From a bacterium (GTDB lineage: Bacteria > Patescibacteriota > Minisyncoccia > UBA11713 > 2-01-FULL-45-33), in contig JAUSHV010000030.1 in the NCBI GenBank assembly GCA_030648495.1, positions 1 to 34,897 on the forward strand: 34,897 nucleotides of DNA, written 5' to 3'. This document shows, in pieces, positions 9,253 to 17,900 of the stretch. Made by a program: the position numbers and the translations under genes. The notes beneath the pieces were generated by a model that worked only from the letters and a program-made list of their open reading frames with translations, made no database searches and was not told where the DNA came from. Numbering within the stretch: position 1 is the stretch's first letter; every line of letters starts with the position of its first letter.

Positions 9253-9276
9253 TAAAAACAGAAAGTGAGGTGTCCT

Positions 9277-9456
9277 ATGGATTTTGTAAAGGGAATGTCA
9301 TTAGTTCTTTTCATTTTGGGCGGGGCGCTAAGCGTTCTTGTGTCTATCAAGAACAATCAATTCATGCTCGCCGCAACTATCATTGTTGTAATGTTTGCAG
9401 TAGTCTTACTGATTTGCGATTGGGATAAGGTTTCTGCAAAATTACGCCGACATTAA
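9277..9456 (+). CDS. Small two-helix membrane protein (59 aa)
   Basis: SD GAGGTG before ATG 9277; two hydrophobic segments and a basic tail; own promoter and terminator. Confidence 0.7.
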   Translation: MDFVKGMSLVLFILGGALSVLVSIKNNQFMLAATIIVVMFAVVLLICDWDKVSAKLRRH

Positions 9457-9476
9457 TTGCCTGCACAACTCCCACC

Positions 9477-9509
9477 GGGACCATTTCGTATGGTCCCCTT
9501 TTCTTTTTT
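9477..9509 (+). terminator. Intrinsic terminator
   Basis: GGGACCAT-TTCGT-ATGGTCCC followed by a T-rich tract. Confidence 0.75.
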
Positions 9510-9532
9510 CCAAAAATTAGCATCGATTCTCA

Positions 9533-9555
9533 TGACCTAAACTCGGTTTAGGTCA
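9533..9555. repeat. REP-like palindrome, copy 2
   Basis: TGACCTAAAC-TCG-GTTTAGGTCA; perfect 10-bp arms. Confidence 0.85.
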
Positions 9556-9564
9556 ATGGACTTT

Positions 9565-10260
9565 TTATATCTCTTTTATTTGGCGGGCGCGTAAAACATC
9601 TTCTGCTTTTTTGATGTCTTCCGGATATCCGATGGGAAGCCAAAAGTCTGCTTTCACCGCGAACATTTCATAGTCGCGCACCATCTGCGAGAGCGAATCC
9701 GTTATATAGTATTCGCCGTTGGGATGCTGTTTGGCGGGATAATTGAAAATTTTTGAATCAAGCACCTTAACCCCTGTGGAAGCAAGGTTGGATGGCGGCA
9801 CGATAGGTTTTTCAATAAGATCCAAAACTTTCCCATTGTCATCAGCCGTGATAACTCCGAATTTGCGGGGGTCTTCAACTTCTTTGACCATTATAGATAA
9901 CGGGTGCGCCAAACATTTTTTAATATCTTCTTTTGATTGAAGGTCGTCGGCATAAAGCATCAAAAAACGTTCATCGTGCAGAAACCGACGCACAAGCCAC
10001 AAAGCGTGCGCGGTACCCAATTTTTTGGGCTGATGCACATAAGTTATTTTTTTCCCGCCGAACGACTCGCTAAAATAATTCCTTATCTGGTCCTCCAAAT
10101 ATCCTACAACCATTATTACCTCGTCTATCTCATCAGGCAACGCATCAAAAATGTGATGCAAAAGCGGTCGGCCCAAAATCTCTATCATCGGCTTTGGACG
10201 CGACACAGTTAAGGGACGCATCCTCAAACCTTCTCCCGCGGCCAATATTACAGCTTTCAT
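9565..10260 (-). CDS. Sugar-phosphate nucleotidyltransferase (GlmU N-terminal/NTP_transferase family)
   Basis: MKAVILAAGEGLRMRPLT..RPKPM, Q.KKLGTAHA, LIEKP, GEYYITD. Start set at ATG 10260. Confidence 0.88.
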   Translation of the reverse strand: MKAVILAAGEGLRMRPLTVSRPKPMIEILGRPLLHHIFDALPDEIDEVIMVVGYLEDQIRNYFSESFGGKKITYVHQPKKLGTAHALWLVRRFLHDERFLMLYADDLQSKEDIKKCLAHPLSIMVKEVEDPRKFGVITADDNGKVLDLIEKPIVPPSNLASTGVKVLDSKIFNYPAKQHPNGEYYITDSLSQMVRDYEMFAVKADFWLPIGYPEDIKKAEDVLRARQIKEI

Positions 10261-10264
10261 ATTA

Positions 10265-10693
10265 TTATTTTTTAACCAGCAAAGAATTAGCTTTTTTAAT
10301 AGTATTTTTATTATTCTCATGCTTCAAAATTTTAAGCGCTTCGCGGTATGTAAACCAGCCATAGCCGTCGTGCTCCTCTGAAACGGCGACTTCTTGCTTC
10401 CTGCTTTGCGCAAGATAAAATATGACAATTTTAAAAATCCGTTTTTTATCCCTGAAAAAAAAGAATCTGTCCGTAACCCGGAACTGATCTTTTAAAACCA
10501 AATCGTTTTTACCCAAGCCTGTCTCTTCTTTAACTTCACGAAACGCCGCATCCATTCCTCTTTCGCTTTGTTCGAGCTTCCCTTTTGGAAAATTCCAATA
10601 TCCTCCGCCATGGTACATCAGCAGATATTTAATACCTTCTCTGGTATTTCTATATATAACTAATCCGGCTGAAATCTCCCTATCTGCTGTCAT
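10265..10693 (-). CDS. NUDIX hydrolase (Ap4A hydrolase-like)
   Basis: Nudix box GKLEQSERGMDAAFREVKEETGL; WNFPKG; SEEHDGYGW. Confidence 0.9.
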   Translation of the reverse strand: MTADREISAGLVIYRNTREGIKYLLMYHGGGYWNFPKGKLEQSERGMDAAFREVKEETGLGKNDLVLKDQFRVTDRFFFFRDKKRIFKIVIFYLAQSRKQEVAVSEEHDGYGWFTYREALKILKHENNKNTIKKANSLLVKK

Positions 10694-11645
10694 TTTTTTG
10701 TTTTTTCCACTCTACTTTTAATTTTTGATTTACTGCATCATACAAAGCACTTTCGAAACCGCCTTTATTCTCCGGATTCGAGTATAAATTTTTCATTTCG
10801 TCAAAGCTAAATAGTGCACCAACTTCCCGCAACATCTTCAATTGTTCCAAGGAGTCATCTGATTTCTTTTTAAAATCCTTACTAAAATATTTCCCAACTA
10901 ACGTTTCGAACATTGCTCTCAAAACCAATTCGTCGCCTACCTTTTTATCGAACATATGTCGCCTAAGGGCCTCACTACGCGAATCGAAGACTATGGGCGT
11001 GTCGCCAAATTCTCTTTTAACATCATAGGCTTTTTTATCCAATTCGTGAAATAATCCTGTATGAAAAGCGCCTAAAGACAATAATAATTTCAACTGCTTT
11101 TTATTTTGAAGTTCCGGATATTTTTCAACAACTTCCCGCATTTTTGGTTCTAATTGCAATATCATGTATTCCTCTCGTTTTTTTTCGAAAACAGCTTCTT
11201 TTAGTAAAAAATCTTTAGTGTACTCCAAATCTTCTTCAAAGTTTTGTAATTTTGGTTTGAATAAAATTTCTCTATATTCTTTTATAAGATCGTGGTCGAG
11301 CGGCACATCCACAAAAACCACCGGTTTATGAGAACCGTAAATAATTTCAAATCTCTTGAGATGATATCCATACATTTTCGAATCATCTAGATGCAGCTCT
11401 ATTACGGCTTCGGCAGGGGTTTTCCTGCCATCCGAAACCGCCTGATAAGTTTCTAAAACTTTGAGGGAAGTACCAATCCATTCTGGGACATAAATATCCG
11501 CTTCCAAAAATTTTTCCTGTAATTCGCCTATATCCTTGGCATTACCGTGCGCCGAATAATAAATCTCAATAGACAACGGCGGTAGCTCGCGATTTTCTGG
11601 TTTCTTAGTATCCGATTCTAATTGTATACCTGCCTCTTCTTTCAT
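10680..11645 (-). CDS. Hypothetical protein with weak TraB/Tiki/ChaN-like motifs
   Basis: 321-aa ORF in operon context; YSAH, ADIYVPE, KREEYM, LLLSLGAFH. Confidence 0.7.
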   Translation of the reverse strand: MKEEAGIQLESDTKKPENRELPPLSIEIYYSAHGNAKDIGELQEKFLEADIYVPEWIGTSLKVLETYQAVSDGRKTPAEAVIELHLDDSKMYGYHLKRFEIIYGSHKPVVFVDVPLDHDLIKEYREILFKPKLQNFEEDLEYTKDFLLKEAVFEKKREEYMILQLEPKMREVVEKYPELQNKKQLKLLLSLGAFHTGLFHELDKKAYDVKREFGDTPIVFDSRSEALRRHMFDKKVGDELVLRAMFETLVGKYFSKDFKKKSDDSLEQLKMLREVGALFSFDEMKNLYSNPENKGGFESALYDAVNQKLKVEWKKQKNDSR

Positions 11646-11652
11646 ACTTATA

Positions 11653-13503
11653 TTATTCCACAGTTACGGATTTAGCCAAATTACGCGGCTTATCCACATC
11701 TAAACCAAGTAAATCGGCGGTGTGATACGCGAAAAGCTGGAGTGGAATTACGGAAAGTAGGGGGGAGAGCGCCTCAAGTGTCTCTGGGATAAAAACAACA
11801 TCATCCGCGAGCTTCTTAATTTTTTCATCTCCTTCGGTCGCCACAGCAATAATTTTTCCGCCTCTCGCGCGGATCTCCTCTATGTTTGATATGGTTTTTT
11901 CATAAACCGCGTCTTTGGGAACAAGCGCGAAGACCGGAAAATTTTCATCAATCAATGCGATCGGTCCGTGTTTCATCTCTCCAGCCGCATAACCCTCGGC
12001 ATGCTTATAAGAAATCTCTTTAAGTTTAAGTGCGCCTTCCATGGCTACCGGAAATTGATATTTTCTGCCAAAATAAATAAAGTTTTTATATTTTAAATAT
12101 TTTTTAGCAAGTTTTTTTATTTCTTTATCCTTTTTTAAAATTTGTTCCATCTTGCCCGGCATTAATTTAAGTTCCGGAAGAATCTTATTCACTAACGTCT
12201 CCGGTAAAGTGCCTCGATTACCGGCAAAATAAAGCGCTATCAATGAAAGCGCGCCGACTTGGGAAATAAAAGCTTTGGTTGAAGCAACTCCGATTTCTGG
12301 TCCTGCGTGATTATAAACCCCGGCGTCCGATTCCCGCGCAATTGTTGAACCAACCGTGTTTACGATGCCCAAGGTCAATGCCCCGCGCTTTTTTGCCTCT
12401 CTTAAGGCCTGCAAGGTATCGGCCGTCTCCCCGGATTGAGAAATTAAAATCACGGCGTCTCCCTCTCCTATAGCCGGGTTTCCGTAACGGAATTCCGAGG
12501 CGTGCTCAACCGAGGCTGGTATTTTCGCAAACTCTTCAAAATAATATTTGCCGATGAGCCCGGAATAATAAGAGGTTCCGCAGGCTGTTATTATAATTCT
12601 TTTGATATTTTTTAATTTTTTCTCGAGATCTTTTAGGCCCCCGAGTTTAACTTTTCCGATATCCGACAAAATTCTTCCGCGCAAAACATTTCTCAAAGCT
12701 TCGGGCCCTTCAAAAATTTCTTTTTGCATAAAATGCTTATAGCCGCCTTTCTGGGCACTTTCCAAGTCCCAATCAATTTTATCTATCGATTTATTGAGAA
12801 TTTTTTTTGAAAAATTATATATTTTCAAATCCTCCGGCGTGAGAACCGCCATTTCATTGTCATGTAAATAAACAACATTTTTTGTGTGTTCCACTATTGC
12901 CGAGGCATCGGAAGCAATCAGATATTCCTTTTCTCCCAATCCTAAAATAATCGGCGAGCCTCGGCGGGCGACAACGATTTTCCCCGGATCGTTTTTAGAA
13001 ATAAGAGCAAGTCCAAAAGTGCCGATAACGTGCCTTAGCGCTTCAGGCAAAGCGTCTTCAAGAACGACCTTCCCATTCCCCATTGTAAGCTCGCGCTCAA
13101 CCAAATGCACCAAAACTTCGGTGTCCGTCTCCGACCTGAAAACATGTCCCTCACGGGTCAGGGCCTCTTTCAGCTCTGCATAATTTTCTACAATACCGTT
13201 ATGTACCAAAAATATATTTTCAGCGCAATCGGCGTGAGGATGCGAATTTTTATCCGAAGGTTTGCCGTGCGTCGCCCAACGGGTATGTCCAATCGCCGTG
13301 TGGCTCTCCCAAGATTTCTCTGAAAGCCTTGTTTCTAGCGCGGCGACGCGGCCTGTGGTTTTTTCCCAAAGAATTTTGCCGCTCCCTTGATCCCACAAAG
13401 CTACGCCGGCAGAATCATAGCCGCGATACTCCAGCCTTTTTAAACCCTCAAGCACAATTGGCAAGGCGCTTTTTTTGCCGATATATCCCACGATTCCGCA
13501 CAT
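11653..13503 (-). CDS. glmS: Glutamine-fructose-6-phosphate aminotransferase
   Basis: Starts MCGIVGY (catalytic Cys); LEYRGYDSAG, GHTRWATHG, SQSGETADT, DKPRNLAKSVTVE. Confidence 0.98.
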   Translation of the reverse strand: MCGIVGYIGKKSALPIVLEGLKRLEYRGYDSAGVALWDQGSGKILWEKTTGRVAALETRLSEKSWESHTAIGHTRWATHGKPSDKNSHPHADCAENIFLVHNGIVENYAELKEALTREGHVFRSETDTEVLVHLVERELTMGNGKVVLEDALPEALRHVIGTFGLALISKNDPGKIVVARRGSPIILGLGEKEYLIASDASAIVEHTKNVVYLHDNEMAVLTPEDLKIYNFSKKILNKSIDKIDWDLESAQKGGYKHFMQKEIFEGPEALRNVLRGRILSDIGKVKLGGLKDLEKKLKNIKRIIITACGTSYYSGLIGKYYFEEFAKIPASVEHASEFRYGNPAIGEGDAVILISQSGETADTLQALREAKKRGALTLGIVNTVGSTIARESDAGVYNHAGPEIGVASTKAFISQVGALSLIALYFAGNRGTLPETLVNKILPELKLMPGKMEQILKKDKEIKKLAKKYLKYKNFIYFGRKYQFPVAMEGALKLKEISYKHAEGYAAGEMKHGPIALIDENFPVFALVPKDAVYEKTISNIEEIRARGGKIIAVATEGDEKIKKLADDVVFIPETLEALSPLLSVIPLQLFAYHTADLLGLDVDKPRNLAKSVTVE

Positions 13504-13519
13504 ATTATAATTGTAAAAC

Positions 13520-13547
13520 AAAAAAGCCGGCGTTATGTAACGTCGGC
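13520..13547 (-). terminator. Intrinsic terminator after the GDPD gene
   Basis: Minus strand GCCGACGTTA-CA-TAACGCCGGC followed by TTTTTT. Confidence 0.65.
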
Positions 13548-13548
13548 A

Positions 13549-14250
13549 TTATTGAATAACAGCTAGAGAAAGCTGGGATAAAACCTCGCGCGCATAAGCC
13601 GGGGCATCGGTAAAAATACCATCCAGGTCCCACTGCCAAGCTAAATAAATATCTTCAAATTTATTCACGGTAAAAGCATAAACTGAAAATCCACGCGTTC
13701 TAAAATACATTACATCTTCCAAAGAAAGTCCTTCGAATTGCAAATGCACGCTTTTTGCTCCTAAATATTTTGCGCAAAAGGCGACAAACCATCGCGGAAT
13801 TTTAATTTTGTTTTGATCCCACAAAAGCCCAATTCGCAGCCGCTTATTGCGCCTTCGGAACTTAAAAAGCTCTAACCACTTAAAAGATGAAAATATAATA
13901 TGGTCGCGGAATCTCAATTCTCGTGTCATATCTAAAACTTTTTTTATGAGCCAGCTTTCTTTTATTTCAAGATACAAATCCAATTTTTCTCCAAGAAACA
14001 TTTCCGTATCCGAAAGCGGCAGATAAGCTCCTTGAATTTTTATTTGAAGAAAATCTTCAAAGGCAAGAGTATTTTCGCACTGTTCTTTTTTCTTTATTGC
14101 GTCATGTGAAAGAGCCAGGCGTCCGCAAAACCTACACCCTCTTAAATCGGTTTCTACCGCGTCCGCGCCAACTTCGGCAGCCGCCTCAAATGCCGCGCGA
14201 GTATTTTCTGTTTCAGCGAGCGACGCTCCGCGATGAGCGATTATGAGCAC
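13549..14250 (-). CDS. Glycerophosphodiester phosphodiesterase (GDPD)
   Basis: IIAHRGAS...ENT..AF, VETD, SHD, LEIK, FSSF, AFTVN, DGIFTD. GTG 14250, overlapping the pgsA stop, chosen as start. Confidence 0.88.
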   Translation of the reverse strand: MLIIAHRGASLAETENTRAAFEAAAEVGADAVETDLRGCRFCGRLALSHDAIKKKEQCENTLAFEDFLQIKIQGAYLPLSDTEMFLGEKLDLYLEIKESWLIKKVLDMTRELRFRDHIIFSSFKWLELFKFRRRNKRLRIGLLWDQNKIKIPRWFVAFCAKYLGAKSVHLQFEGLSLEDVMYFRTRGFSVYAFTVNKFEDIYLAWQWDLDGIFTDAPAYAREVLSQLSLAVIQ

Positions 14251-14783
14251 ATTGAGCCTTTCTGACACTTCTGCCCAAAAACATCGTATGCGTATTTTAA
14301 GAGAGACGCCGCGGCCAAAAACAAAATAGGGAGAAACATCATTAAACCTAAAATATTCCATTCGGCGCCCGCCAGAAGAAATGAAATCCCGGCATATTCA
14401 GCCACAACTTTTGCTTTGCCCAATATATTCGCCGAAATATCCCTTTTTGCGGAAAGCCTCAATAAGACCATCAGTATTTCACGAATTGTCAGCAACATCG
14501 GCGCAAACAAAGATATGTCCCCAGCCCAATAAAACATCCAGAAAATCGGCAAAACTAAAAATTGGTCAGCCAAGGGATCCAAAGCCATTCCCCAGCTCGA
14601 GCCTGTATTTTGGCGCCGCGCAATAAAACCATCCAAAAAATCCGTAAAAACAAAAAAGAGGAATACCAGCCATGCAAATCCAAAACCGTTTTTATAAAGC
14701 CAAATTGTAATCAGTGCCCCAAATAAAAGACGAAATAGACTTATTGCGTTCGGCAAAGTCCAAAATTTTTCGCTGATTATCAT
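14241..14783 (-). CDS. pgsA: CDP-alcohol phosphatidyltransferase (PgsA-like)
   Basis: TLPNAISLFR and the signature TDFLDGFIARR...G..LDPLAD. Confidence 0.85.
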   Translation of the reverse strand: MIISEKFWTLPNAISLFRLLFGALITIWLYKNGFGFAWLVFLFFVFTDFLDGFIARRQNTGSSWGMALDPLADQFLVLPIFWMFYWAGDISLFAPMLLTIREILMVLLRLSAKRDISANILGKAKVVAEYAGISFLLAGAEWNILGLMMFLPILFLAAASLLKYAYDVFGQKCQKGSMCS

Positions 14784-14828
14784 TGCGCGCCTCAAAGAAA
14801 TTCTCTAAGAAACTTAGCACACCTTAAT

Positions 14829-14855
14829 AAAAAAAGCGAGGCTATTGAGCCCCAC
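14829..14855 (-). terminator. Intrinsic terminator
   Basis: Minus strand GTGGGGCT-CAAT-AGCCTCGC followed by a T run, immediately after the small ORF stop. Confidence 0.7.
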
Positions 14856-14990
14856 TTACTTATTAAGTCTCCACCAGGATTTCTGATATTCGTTGTTCAA
14901 AAACAAAAATCTATACGTGACCCTCATACATGCGTACCCAAATAAACTTACCGCTATAATCAGCAAGCCAAATAAAAACATTGAATCCAT
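14856..14990 (-). CDS. Small single-pass membrane protein (44 aa), not in ORF track
   Basis: MDSMFLFGLLIIAVSLFGYACMRVTYRFLFLNNEYQKSWWRLNK*; SD AAGGA just after the leuS stop; terminator follows. Confidence 0.65.
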   Translation of the reverse strand: MDSMFLFGLLIIAVSLFGYACMRVTYRFLFLNNEYQKSWWRLNK

Positions 14991-14999
14991 GTTAATTCC

Positions 15000-17900
15000 T
15001 TAAACCACAAAATTTATTAGTCTCTTCGGGACGAAGATGACTTTTCGTGGTTTTTTATTATCTAGCGCAAGCTTAACTTTTTCGCGTTCCAAAGTCAAGC
15101 GCTCGGCTTCAGCCTGCGAAATATTTATCGGCACTTCAAATTTGTCGCGCATTTTGCCATTTACTTGGACAATGAGTTCAAATGTATCTTCTTCAAGTAA
15201 TTTTGGATCAAATTCCGGCCACTTCTCCAAATGAATGGATTTCCAGCCCGAGGCTGGTCCGCCTTGGGCGGATTTACTCCTCATCTTATTCCAAATTTCT
15301 TCTGTGAGATGTGGGGCAAACGGAGAAAGTAATTTTAGAAAAATAGAAAAAACACCATCCACCTTCGCCCCCTCCCCCTTCTCCATATCACTCAACAAAA
15401 TCATCAACGCCGAAATCGCCGTATTAAATTTAAAATCCTCAATATTTTCCGAAACTTGTTTGATGGTTTTGTTAGTGGCTCGCACAAGTCTCGCGCTTTC
15501 AGTTGTCTCGGCACCAAAATTTGCAAGGACACGCATATCCCGCTGCTGCGGGATTGCTCTGCTCGCGCCGTCGCGCTGCGCAAGGTCTTGCAAATCTTGT
15601 GCCTTCGCCAAACTTTTTTTCGCGCTCGCTTCTGCCAAATTCCAAACCCTATCCAAAAACCGCTTAATCCCCAAAATACCGTGCGGGTCCCACGGATATG
15701 AGCCAACTTCGCCGTAGGGACCGATAAACGCCAAGTACATCCGCACCGTATCGCTCCCAAATTTTTTGATATATTCGTCGGGGTCAATCACATTGCCCTT
15801 GGATTTCGACATTTTCTGCCCATCAGGCCCTAAAATTATTCCACGGTTTCTTCTTTCTCTATACGGCTCATCGCCTAATTCTTTGGGAATTAATCCCAAA
15901 TCAAACATTGCCTTATACCAAAAGCGTGAATACAAAAGGTGCATTGTTGTGTGCTCCGCGCCACCGGAATAAAGATTAACCGGCATCCACGCTTTTATTT
16001 TCGCCTCATCGGCAAACGCATCTGCGTTTTTTGGATCGCAATACCTCAAAAAATACCAAGAAGAATCCACAAAAGTATCTAGCGTATCGGTTTCGCGCTT
16101 CGCCGGACCACCGCATTCCGGGCATTTTACTTTCAACCACTTTTCCGCTTTAGCCAAAGGAGATTTCCCTTCGCCAGTCGGCAAATAATCTTTTATTTCC
16201 GGCAAGACCACGGGCAAATCTTTATCTTGCACCGCTTGGACCCCGCATTTAGGGCAATGAATTACCGGTATCGGCACTCCCCAATAGCGCTGCCTTGAAA
16301 CAACCCAGTCGCGAAGCTTGTATTGTGTTTTTATTTTTCCCCCGACAAATTTTGTAATTTCATTTTTTGCTTTTGCAGAATCCATTCCATCAAAACTTCC
16401 TGAATTTATAAGCTCGCCGGCACCTTCCCAGCATTCCGCCTCAATTGCAATTGAAGCCGGTGCTCCCGAGGCAATAGAATCGGCATTTTGTAAAAAATGC
16501 TGTAAAACCGGATTGATAACTTTTCTAATTGGCAATGCAAATTTTTTCGCGAATTCGAAATCGCGCTCGTCGTGCGCTGGGACGGCCATAATTGCGCCAG
16601 TTCCGTAGCCGCCCAAAACATAGTCTGCTACCCAGACTGGAATCTCCTCGCCGTTCGCCGGATTAATTGCCTTAATACCTTTTAGCTCCACACCGGTTTT
16701 TTCTTTGGCCCCTTGTTGGCGCTCGAGCTGGGTTTTTGATTTTGCTTTTTTTAAGTATTCGTCGATTTCTTTTTTGTTTTCAAATAAAGATTTTTCATTG
16801 CCCATTGCAATAAATGGGTGCTCCGGAGCAAACACTAAATAAGTCGCTCCAAACAAAGTGTCCGGGCGCGTAGTAAAAACTTTTATACTTGGCGTGAAAA
16901 GTTTTTTAATACCTTCGATAATTGGCAAAAGCTCTTTCATTTCCTCGTCTTCTGATTGTTCCAGAACATATTTGCCGGTAGCTCTAGACATGTAAAGCGG
17001 GCGCAAAGGTAAACTTGGATCCATTGCTCCGTGCGGCTTATCCGTAAGAATAACCGGTCGCCGAGCTTCAACATGGATTGCAAATTTTTCTGAGGTTACC
17101 AGGCATAATGAATTTCTCCATTCGGCGTCCACCTTTCCTCCGCGCTCAGCTGCAATTTTTTTATAATATTCAAGCATTAACGCACCAATCTCCTCAACGC
17201 TCAAAGATTTTTCGTCTTTACCATTTAATGCGTTTCTTTTTACCATCATGGGGTCAATTTCTGCGCCATCAATGAAAAAACCGCTGTCGTCGGCCAAAAC
17301 CGATAGTTTAGTTTTTCCAGCCAAAGCCCGTGCTTTTTTCTCCGAATTTTCAGCTAAAGTTTTTCCGTCCTCCAAAACATCAAAATCTTTAATGCCAATT
17401 TCTTTAGGTGACTTAAGTTTTATCGCGAGGCCGGCAGCTTTAAAGAGCTTCTGCATGCGCTTGAGCTTTCCTTGATTATTTGAAGCAAAAACAACCTCTC
17501 CTGAATAAGTTGGGGTGCCTGTAATTTCAAACTCAATTTCCGCTCCTTCCGATTTTCCAATCCAATTTCTCTGCGCTTCTTTTATTTCTTCTTTCCAATT
17601 TAATTTTGCGAGCCCGGAAAGAAGCCGTTCGGCATAATCCGTAATTTTAAGCATCCATTGCTTCATTTCTCGCTGAACTACTTCCGAACCGCACCGCTCG
17701 CACTTGCCTCCGACAACTTGTTCATTTGCGAGCACCGTTTTGTCTTTCGGACACCAATTTACCGCCGTGACGGCTTGGTAAGCCAAACCTTTTTTTAAAA
17801 ATTGTAAAAATATCCATTGCGTCCATTTGTAATATTCCGGGTCAGCTGTAATCACTTCGCGGCTCCAATCAAAAGAAGCGCCCATTGAGCGCAATTGTTT

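Noticed and set aside
9069-9555. Possible CRISPR array or integron attC sites
   Set aside because: Only two copies ~460 bp apart, no regular spacers, no cas or integrase gene, and no RYYYAAC/GTTRRRY box architecture.
13504-13548. glmS ribozyme
   Set aside because: The spacer is only ~45 bp and holds a simple terminator hairpin.
16431-16500. Palindromic patches (TCAATTGCAATTGA; GCATTTTGTAAAAAATGC) in a variable LeuRS loop
   Set aside because: They could be decayed elements but share no motif with the others; not supportable without an alignment.
16887-17522. Intein or intron as the explanation for the leuS insert
   Set aside because: No C/S...HN splice junctions or LAGLIDADG motifs; the frame is open and the insert has HAM1 motifs.
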